From Paramicrosporidium saccamoebae KSL3 (taxonomy: Eukaryota > Fungi > Cryptomycota), in NCBI GenBank assembly GCA_002794465.1, contig MTSL01000149.1:12767-44766 (forward strand): 32,000 bases of DNA, in the 5' to 3' direction. Under the pieces are notes generated by a model. That model was not told the origin of the DNA. It saw nothing but the letters and a program-made list of their open reading frames with translations, and did no database searches. A program made the position numbers and the translations under genes. This document shows positions 10,490 to 19,792 of this stretch, one piece after another; positions within the stretch are counted from its first letter, which is position 1; every line of letters begins with the position of its first letter.

Positions 10490-10843
10490 TTTCCTACCCC
10501 GGCCAACATTAGCGATCCACCAACATATATGGTATATGCAAAGCCCGTAAATACAGGTGTAGGCATAGGTTTAGATGCGCCACAATAAGATGTGGTGTGG
10601 TTGAATATTGCAATGTGATACTATGGTTACATATTGTGACACGATTACGTGATTGTAAGCCGTGATCAGGTGCTCTCCAATAAGCTCTTTACCCTTCGCA
10701 TTGGACTATTAGTATTATCCGACTTTTGCTTGGATAAGAGTAGATTATAGTTGTGCACCACACTCCAAGCCGATGTTTGCTTGAGTAACAGTGTAATCTA
10801 CTTGGGCATTATACTCAAAGTCGACTTTTCTTAGATAATGCGT

Positions 10844-13324
10844 CTATTGGCTACATGGCTTCTTCTTACTAAGCATATTCACATTTCGCTCTACAAACGA
10901 CTCCAATGATTTCATGGCGTTGTCAAACTGAGAGTACGAGTTCATTCTACTCCGCACCCATTTAGACAGCTGCATTACATTTCGGGAATTTGTAAACCGC
11001 TGCTCCAGCAGCACTATGGCCCCCCAATCCGCTCGATGTCGGATGCATCGACCCAAAGCCTGATTCAGGGCCCGGAACGCCTGGCTTTCGTACCATTGCT
11101 GGCCTGACAAGAGGCGTCTTCCCTGCACTGGACGATCGTTAAACTCTCTCTTGAGCACCACCTTGGGGTCCTTGAAGGCAGGATAGGGGATGCCAATTGG
11201 AATTACCGCTCGGCAATTATCGTCCTTCAGATCGAGCCCTTCGCTAATCTTTCCGCGATACACTGCAAACAGTAGTGCTCCATTTACCACATTATTGCGA
11301 TCTTTGATGACTCGGTAGAAATTTTTCAAGAGCTTGTCGAAATCCTTGGGAGTCCCTTGTCGAGGCTCCAAGAAAATCTTTTTCGACTTGGCAATCTCGT
11401 CATACACTCCAATATTTTGCATGCGACGCACTAGCTTGTCAAGGAAACTGTATGAGGGCACAAAGACGAGAACTCCTGCTGGTACTGTTTTGGTGATTTG
11501 GCATATGGCCCGGGAAATGTCATCTTGGTAGGCAAAGGAATCCATAGTCTTAAAGTTTCCAACGAATGTAGTCCCGTCCGGCCCAATGGGTATGCAGCCT
11601 ACCCAAGTCTGGCTTTCATCAATAATGTGCATGGCTTCTAATCGGTGCTCAAACTTGGTATTAAGCTCAGATGAGAACGTGTCCATCTAAAGGAATTAAT
11701 GGCTGCCAAGCAGGACATACGGGCGATAGAGTTCCAGACGTCAGGACCACCGCCTTGGACACGTTTGTCAGTGACTTGAATGTAACTTCGGGATTTAAAC
11801 ACCAGAATCCCAACGTAAAGACAATATGCTTCCCATTAGTATCCACGCGCGTTGATTGATACTTTACCATTCGGTATGAGGCAAGATAAAAGTTTCCGTC
11901 GCGGAGAATGTTGCCGAGACTTGAATACAAACCCTTTAGAACCTGGCAAGATCCAAAGGACAAAAAGTGCTCCTTCTCCTCCAGCTGCTCCTTCTTCTTC
12001 ACCTCATTGGATGCATCGGCGATCTTGTCAAGCTCCCTCGACCATGCCACCACCTGTTCATATGAGATTCCAAACGAGGTCAGTTCTTCAATAATGAACT
12101 TGTCTTGCCAAATGGTAATGCTCGACTCAAAGTCGCGACGGACCTGTCCCAGAGTGCTCATACTGTGTTTGAGCCAATTCAACAACAGGCTGACGACATG
12201 GCCCTGACATTCATGCGCAGCCAACAGATCCAAATGCTTTCCCTTATCCTTGAGATTCTTTGTAATATTCAAGAGTTCTCCCTGGATCGTGTTCATTGTG
12301 TCATCAGTGACCTCAAAGCTCCCAGACTCCCGACAGACGTCCTCAATGTTGTGAGCCTCGTCCACAATGACAATGTCGTCTTTCAGCTCTATGCCCATTG
12401 CACTTCTGACCACCGGATCAACCAAATAGTTGTACGGCGCAAAGATCACCTCGGCATGCTCAATGGCGTTACGGGCGACAAAGTAGGGACATGATTTTTC
12501 CTTCTTGCCCTGTCTTACCAAGTCTTCAATGTCGCAATCTGGGGTATAATCCTCACCTCGTTGTTTCGACAATTTCGCCAAATTGTTAAAGAAGGAACAC
12601 GAGCCGCCACCCGTTGCAAACGCCGTCTCCCGGCACGACTCGTTTATGTCTTTGGCCTTTCGGACCGTCTCATTCACGCAATAATGCGATCGACTCCCCA
12701 ACACTACAAACTTTGGCGTGTAGCTGGTCCTGTCCAGCTCTTTCACTAGCTGCGCGATTTGTCGATGCGTCCTGCTTGCAATGTAAATCTTTGGCAGGCT
12801 AACCTTTACCAAGGACTCGACATCCTTATCCATCTTGGCACGTTTTGGAAGCTTTACAAAGTCCTCGTCAAGGCCGGCCATCCCCGCCTCACAATAGCCA
12901 AGTTCTCCATGCAGCTTGGCCTCATCAGCAGCTAGACGCCGTTCTTCTTCCACGAAACGCTCGGCATCAACGCGACGGAGCGCCTTTTGGTGGTCCAGCC
13001 AGCCGAGAACCCCGCAGAGAAGAGCCATGGACTTGCCTGAGCCTGTGGGGCTTTCCAACAAGGCATTTTCCTTGCGAGCATTAAGGGTCCGGATAATCTA
13101 CGGTTTAATGCACAGTAATTCAATACGCGCTCAAGCATCTCGAGTTGGCATGGATATGCAGGAAATGGGAAATTCACCTTGACCCCATCAAAGCTGTATT
13201 CTACTGGCTCTCCCGAGCATGGCTCATCTGGTGTTATAGAACATTGAGTGGCTGTACCGTTGTCACTAGACTCACAGCCGTCGGCCTCAATCGCGATGAA
13301 ATCTTCGAGTACAGTCTGAACCAT
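10844..13324 (-). CDS. BRIP1: FANCJ/BRIP1-like Fe-S DNA helicase (XPD family)
   Basis: ATG at 13324; introns 13126-13098 (29 nt) and 11720-11687 (34 nt). Motifs FPFPAYPCQ, LESPTGSGKS, SRTHRQIAQ, Fe-S cysteines, DEAH, FWCLNP, TSGTLSP|MDTF and QWYESQAFRALNQALGRCIRHRADWGA fit FANCJ better than RTEL1/DDX11. The exact 3' end could change if GTAAG near the stop is a donor. Confidence 0.85.
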
Positions 13325-13490
13325 GGCGCGCAAATATTCCGAGCAATTAACATTTTTATTAGTTATTTTCCCATTCAGGATGCATGAAACTGCTATTATC
13401 GCATAACGAGAGGGGGGTGATTGATATGTATTCTTGCATTCTTATAATTTTGGGTACCCAGATTTGTTAAAATTCGGGTCACTATCGTAT

Positions 13491-13785
13491 ATTGGAGGGT
13501 GTAATGCATTCTTGTGTTCTTGCATTGTGTGATTGTGCTTCCGAAATTACGTCGTCAAGCCCCGTGTTACTTTGCATGTCTATTGGCCCGCAAGGCCTAT
13601 TTGCCAGAATCATATCCAATACGTCCCCATATATCCCATAAAACACGCCTCGAAACTCGCCAATGGCCTATGCGACCAATCCTGAGGGTGCGTTTCGGGT
13701 TCTACAGCCCCTGATTGGTTGCCCTCGGGGAACTCCTATAACCGGTATCAACTTGACTTGTCGCGCCCACTGCAGTGTTGATTGG
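13491..13785. promoter_or_regulatory. Cluster of seven CCAAT/ATTGG boxes in the divergent FANCJ/kinase promoter
   Basis: Pentamers start at 13491, 13582, 13616, 13660, 13676, 13714 and 13781; fewer than one is expected by chance in 295 bp. Confidence 0.5.
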
Positions 13786-13920
13786 CAGGACCGTGCATAG
13801 CAACCTTCCCATTTTGGCTAGTGCATTACTCATTTATTGACGCGCCACACGTAACTTTCAGCTTGACCTACTACCACTCAAACTCAACCCTCTTAACCCT
13901 CAGTCTTCACAGCGGATAAC

Positions 13921-13965
13921 ATGGCACTCTGAGGTAAGGGAATGGCTGCTGGTTGTGATGTGTAG
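13921..13965 (+). promoter_or_regulatory. uORF (ATG GCA CTC TGA) followed by a 32-nt 5' leader intron
   Basis: ATG 13921, TGA 13930-13932, consensus donor AG|GTAAGG at 13934, TAG acceptor at 13965. Confidence 0.6.
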
Positions 13966-13988
13966 TGGCCTGTTGTCCAGTTCTTAAC

Positions 13989-15350
13989 ATGTCGTTCCCT
14001 CACTCTCTCCCCGCAAGTCCCGTGGTGCTGGCTACGCCAACGATAGGTGCAGACCTGCTGGCGCCGAGCAGTCCGGTGGGGCCTAATCCTAAAAAGGCCA
14101 GGTTCCTTAAGCGCTTATACGACTTTTTCCACCATATTGGACACCAGCAGAGTCCGAAACGAGAGGAGCCGCTCCCCAGTGGAGACCGCCACGGGCGGCT
14201 GGAAAAGCTCCTTGGCCACTTTCGACAGGGCAGTCAAGGCTCCGTAGTGGAGCTTGGAGTTGTCCCTGCCGATGTAGCCTCCCCACTAGTCTTGGGAGAT
14301 GCTATTGTACCACACCATCCCAGGCTGCATATCCGTCTGATGAGTTTATTGTCTTTTAAGCTCCACCATGAGGAAGAAGGACATGAACGACACAGCCGAA
14401 AATCGTCCCGCCACTCGGACGACGAGGTCGAACTGAGCAATGGCGAGTTTGAATACGTCAAGGAACGTCTGCCAAGCATCACCCATGTTTCAGATTTGAG
14501 CTTTAAGAAAAAGTATCGCTTCCTTGATGGGCGTGTTATTGGAAAGGGCGCGTCTGGTGTGGTGCGCCTTGGATGCTCCATCTGTGATGACTGCAAGCCA
14601 GTGCAGACGCCGTTGGCAGTGAAAGAGTTTCGCAAGAAACGCCGCGACGAGACTACAGACGACTATTTGAGAAAACTTACTAGTGAATACCGCATCGCCT
14701 CCAAGATGAGTCATCAGAATGTTGTCCATACGCTGGATATTGTTCATGATGGCAAACGATGGTATGAGGTGATGGAGTATTGCTCCAAGGGAGATTTGTT
14801 CAGTGTAATCCAGAGCGGTGGATTGGATGATCGTGCCGAGATTGATTGGTGCTTCTATCAGCTTGTTGAGGGTGTCAAGTATCTCCATTCCTTGGGAGTC
14901 GCCCATCGTGATCTAAAGCCTGAAAACTTGTTGATTGACCAGTTTGGATGTCTAAAGATTACCGATTTTGGCGTTTCTGATGTTTTTATCAGTGCTGATC
15001 AGCCAGTGCTATCCCGCGGTGTATGCGGCTCGTCTCCATACATTGCGCCGGAAGAATACCTCGGAGTGCCTTATGATCCACGCAAAGTGGATGTCTGGGC
15101 CATTGGGATTATATACTATGCCATGGTGTTCCATGGAGTGCCTTGGGAGGCGGCGAATAGCAAGGACCCAAACTACTGCCACTATTTAGCGTACGGAAGT
15201 GCCAAGTTTGAGCCCTTTACGCGACTTCCGAGCGGCGCACGCTCGCTGTTGAGAAAGATTCTTGAGCCAGATCCTGAGAAGCGTATCTCTATCGAGGGAA
15301 TTATGGAAGATCCATGGTTCCTTCAGATAGACTGCTTGCCCGTTGCATAG
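13989..15350 (+). CDS. Ser/Thr protein kinase, fungal HAL/NPR/HRK-like family
   Basis: IGKGASGVV, AVKEF, HRDLKPEN, DFG, CGSSPYIAPEE, DPRKVDVWAIGII and PWEAA..KDPNY after a low-complexity His/Ser-rich N-terminus. First in-frame ATG at 13989. Confidence 0.85.
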   Translation: MSFPHSLPASPVVLATPTIGADLLAPSSPVGPNPKKARFLKRLYDFFHHIGHQQSPKREEPLPSGDRHGRLEKLLGHFRQGSQGSVVELGVVPADVASPLVLGDAIVPHHPRLHIRLMSLLSFKLHHEEEGHERHSRKSSRHSDDEVELSNGEFEYVKERLPSITHVSDLSFKKKYRFLDGRVIGKGASGVVRLGCSICDDCKPVQTPLAVKEFRKKRRDETTDDYLRKLTSEYRIASKMSHQNVVHTLDIVHDGKRWYEVMEYCSKGDLFSVIQSGGLDDRAEIDWCFYQLVEGVKYLHSLGVAHRDLKPENLLIDQFGCLKITDFGVSDVFISADQPVLSRGVCGSSPYIAPEEYLGVPYDPRKVDVWAIGIIYYAMVFHGVPWEAANSKDPNYCHYLAYGSAKFEPFTRLPSGARSLLRKILEPDPEKRISIEGIMEDPWFLQIDCLPVA

Positions 15351-15711
15351 TGTTTTTATAGATGTTTCATTATGATTGATATGCTAAGTGTTATTGTCGG
15401 AAGAGTGAAATTATTTCTATTATAGGTCACCATCCCTAGGATCGTGGTGTGGCGTAGAGGTAGAGGATTGGTTGGCTGGGTATTTGGGGATGGTTCTCTA
15501 GTTTGGGGAAGACCTATTTGTGTGATAAATTGGACTGGTTAGCTGGGTAACTAAGGACAGCGAGATGTTTATCCATACTATTCTAAGATTAGCAGTAAAC
15601 AACCCCCCCAATACGCGACAGTGGGATTGCCATCTGGATCTGGGTCAGACTTGCCAATAATGATAAGCGGATACTGTTTGGCGATTATCCTTTAATACTA
15701 CACCATGCCTT

Positions 15712-16440
15712 TTATTGATCTACAGTTGCGGCCTTTGCCCTCTTTCTTCTTCTCCTTTTGGGACCACTTTCAGCTGGGACCACAGGAGCGCACTCAGTCT
15801 TGAGTGACTTTCTAACAGAGAGCGGATTGGGCCCCTTTATCTTGCGTTTCTTGTGCTTAGATTTTACTACCGGCTCTACTGCCTCTCCAAACTTTTGTTT
15901 GATAATCTCCTTTTCTCGGGTTGAGACGTGAAGTTTGGCCTCTTCCCTCCTCCGCAACGTGTCCAATGTCTTTTTACTTGGGGCCTCCAACAATGGAAAG
16001 GTTCTCTCCAAGAACACTAGTGGCACTCCAGCGATCCGTCTAGCCGTATTCTTCAACTCCTCAGCATCAGTGACAACACCGTAATGATGCGGGTTATCTT
16101 CACCTATCAACGCCGCGATGCATTCCTGCACCGGAAGCGGCTCGTCATGTCTACACCGTCGCAACTCGAATCTTCTCGCCACAAAGGGTGCACCACTGAC
16201 GGAAGCATCTTCTGTGCATCTTGACGCCTCTCTAAGAGCGGTCATGGTGCAGGCAGTGACAAGAAGACGCGCAGGTGCTCCAAGGACCACCGGCAGCCGC
16301 TCACGTAGGTCGAATTTGCAGCGGAGAGAGGCGCGACACATTGTATCATCGACCAGGAACTGGTATGGCGCCCGCAGTCCGTATTTCTCATATACTGCGT
16401 GCATAAAGTGTTCGCTGCGTTTGTACTTGCGTGCCTTCAT
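15712..16440 (-). CDS. UTP23: rRNA-processing PIN-domain protein UTP23
   Basis: YGLRAPYQFLVDDT, RFELRRCRH, HYGVVT and basic C-terminal KGPNPLSVRK. Confidence 0.9.
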   Translation of the reverse strand: MKARKYKRSEHFMHAVYEKYGLRAPYQFLVDDTMCRASLRCKFDLRERLPVVLGAPARLLVTACTMTALREASRCTEDASVSGAPFVARRFELRRCRHDEPLPVQECIAALIGEDNPHHYGVVTDAEELKNTARRIAGVPLVFLERTFPLLEAPSKKTLDTLRRREEAKLHVSTREKEIIKQKFGEAVEPVVKSKHKKRKIKGPNPLSVRKSLKTECAPVVPAESGPKRRRRKRAKAATVDQ

Positions 16441-16523
16441 CCCACAAGACGAGTTTCCTGGAAGGGTATAAGGGACGGCCTTTGGAGCCAGGGGTTAATT
16501 TTCTTCTTCGGCCCGGAGCAAGC

Positions 16524-16731
16524 ATGCAGAGGTAAGAAGTGCGGATGGGAGGGCGGTGATGAAACTTTAAAGATAACTTCTTTCCCAGACTGATCGACAA
16601 TGACGAGTCACTCCCTTTATGGGTTACTTGCCAGTAAAACATTTTCTGAGCCTGTCCCATCCATCAATGAAATGTTCTGACTAATTCCTAGAATTCTGCA
16701 AAGTGTACACGAACTGAATAAACCATTTTGA
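16524..16731 (+). ncRNA. Putative non-coding snoRNA host transcript (2 exons, 160-nt intron)
   Basis: Donor AG|GTAAGA at 16532, branch point TTCTGACTAAT 16675-16685, acceptor CCTAG ending 16691, AATAAA 16717-16722. Spliced exons encode only 15 aa (MQRILQSVHELNKPF). True transcript ends are unknown. Confidence 0.6.
16543..16662 (+). ncRNA. Intronic box C/D snoRNA, SNORD12/snR190-like
   Basis: Box C GTGATGA 16556-16562, D' CTGA 16590-16593, C' ATGACGA 16600-16606, D CTGA 16646-16649. Terminal stem GGGC/GCCT plus perfect 8-bp GGATGGGA (16543-50)/TCCCATCC (16655-62). D' guide CTTCTTTCCC is complementary to conserved LSU GGGAAAGAAG. Confidence 0.8.
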
Positions 16732-16790
16732 GACTATCATAGGTGTAAGGCTTAGATTTAGTAGAAGGGTTTGATCAAAAGGGGGGTTGT

Positions 16791-16944
16791 AACAGCCATG
16801 CCCGTTATCTCGAGTTTTGATATTATGTAATATGTCCCATTGTCATATCGGCCCGTTGATATATGGAATACGACCTTTGTCATCTCGGTCAATTGATATT
16901 ATTTAATATGCCCCTTTATCATCTCGGGCCCATTGATATTATAT
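16791..16944. repeat. Degenerate ~38-bp tandem repeat, 4 units
   Basis: Units start at 16791, 16829, 16867 and 16905 and share a TC(A/T)CTCG-like...TTGATAT core, e.g. AATACGACCTTTGTCATCTCGGTCAATTGATATTATTT vs AATATGCCCCTTTATCATCTCGGGCCCATTGATATTATAT. Confidence 0.75.
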
Positions 16945-16962
16945 ACTTCTCACAACCACAAT

Positions 16963-18372
<1,410 letters not shown>

Positions 18373-18387
18373 TCAAACTATATAGCC

Positions 18388-18747
18388 ATGGATGACATTC
18401 TAAAGTTGTTGGATGCAAAGTCTGAATAGTGGTATTTGGCAATCAACAGAATCTTTCAGCATTTCCAGGAAGAAAAGTTTGTTCTACAGCTGCCTCGGAG
18501 GGAACTCGGGAAATTTGACGCAGCCAATATTATACAGTGTCTAGAGATTTTGTTCAATGGTATTTTCACCCGAAATCTTGGTAAATGCGCCAGCCACGGC
18601 ACGAAAACCTTGGGGTCCCACCGAATAATTGCCACGTTTGTGGATCTTGAGGGGCCTGATTTCGTTCTTTGGATATTCCTGACCGAGAGATGTTGTGATT
18701 GGATGCGTCGCATTACTAAAGGAGCGCTAAAGATCTCAGTCTCCTAA
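18388..18747 (+). CDS. Small hypothetical protein (~109 aa)
   Basis: ATG 18388 plus a 30-nt GT-AG intron (18420-18449) joins the 18436 ORF in frame (MDDILKLLDAK|IFQHFQEEK...). No family recognised. Confidence 0.5.
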
Positions 18748-18861
18748 GACGTGATACAACTAAATAGATGGTTTGCAAGTCCGAGCGCCTTTAATTGACT
18801 ATATTTAGCAATTCATGCGCGGGCTCCAAGAAGATCCACGGCGAGTCCTCAACAACCCATC

Positions 18862-19617
18862 ATGTTGCGTGTTGACGTTGTAGTTGTTACTCTTCATTTG
18901 CTACGAATTGTGGGTACATTGAATGCTCTCTTAGTGATCTACTCCATAGTGGATGACTTTTTCTCTCTGGATTTATTGTCTACGGTTTGGCGCAGAGTGG
19001 TGGCGACAGTCGCAGCGGCCGCCATCTTCAGAATGGCAACAACGCTGAGTCTTGTGCCCAGACTTCACATCGTGTGGGTCTGGGTGATCATCGCCACCGG
19101 TGCCCCCACCTTTCGAGGCGCATCAAAACCTATTACTGCCTTGGCGATGTTTGCGGCGATTATGGTATTCATATGGTTGAACAAACAGGTCAATAAGCAT
19201 CTGTATAACAGGGCTCGAGTGAGGAGAATTTTATCAACTGTTGAATGGTCAAGTCCTATACTGCCACCCACAAGGTACATGCTCGTTGGGTCTCGAATGA
19301 GTTTCTTGGAATTTGTTGTTCCCCTTTGCTCGAGTACCATATTTGCCTCGGCAGGAGCAGGTGACATTGATAGTTGGACTACGGCCTTTCTCATTGGGGT
19401 CGGTATTATAGCCCTAACCATAACCGCTCGCTACCGTGGGTTCATTGCTGCTCTTCTATTCATGTTTGCCGGATGGGTCTCATTAACATTCTGGTGCATT
19501 AAATCTAGCTCAAGCTCTGATGACGATGATTTCGAAATTCTTTTGCTGATCGCCGAAGCATTAATATCACATTTTATGGTGGCATACGATATCGGCATCT
19601 ACTTTGGAATTTATTGA
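18862..19617 (+). CDS. Hypothetical multi-pass membrane protein (251 aa)
   Basis: Intronless ATG-to-TGA ORF filling the gap between genes; about 7-8 hydrophobic segments; no recognised family. Confidence 0.65.
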   Translation: MLRVDVVVVTLHLLRIVGTLNALLVIYSIVDDFFSLDLLSTVWRRVVATVAAAAIFRMATTLSLVPRLHIVWVWVIIATGAPTFRGASKPITALAMFAAIMVFIWLNKQVNKHLYNRARVRRILSTVEWSSPILPPTRYMLVGSRMSFLEFVVPLCSSTIFASAGAGDIDSWTTAFLIGVGIIALTITARYRGFIAALLFMFAGWVSLTFWCIKSSSSSDDDDFEILLLIAEALISHFMVAYDIGIYFGIY

Positions 19618-19792
19618 AAACTCTGATTGCACCACGTAACTCGCAAGTTCAACAGCTATAAAAGTTATTCTGGCTCTCTATGAAAGATACTTCCTTTTGA
19701 GATTACAACATTGATGCAAATCTCTTTGTAAGAGTCGCAAGATCAATGATCCGATTGATACCGACTATTACCTACAATTTCTCATTATAAGA

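Noticed and set aside
13881-13903. Telomere-like or telomerase-template sequence (CAACCCTCTTAACCCT)
   Set aside because: Only two imperfect units; no complete CTAACCCTAA-type template.
16388-16660. 90-aa minus-strand ORF overlapping the UTP23 start
   Set aside because: No recognisable motif; the region is better explained by the plus-strand snoRNA and its host intron.
16791-16944. CRISPR-like array
   Set aside because: Units are contiguous and degenerate with no unique spacers, there are no cas genes, and the context is eukaryotic.
15351-16962. U14 snoRNA next to the snR190-like RNA (as in the yeast dicistron)
   Set aside because: No U14 domain A (ACATTCGCAG-like) or domain B (TTCCTAGGATGTCTGA-like) found in either flanking intergenic region.
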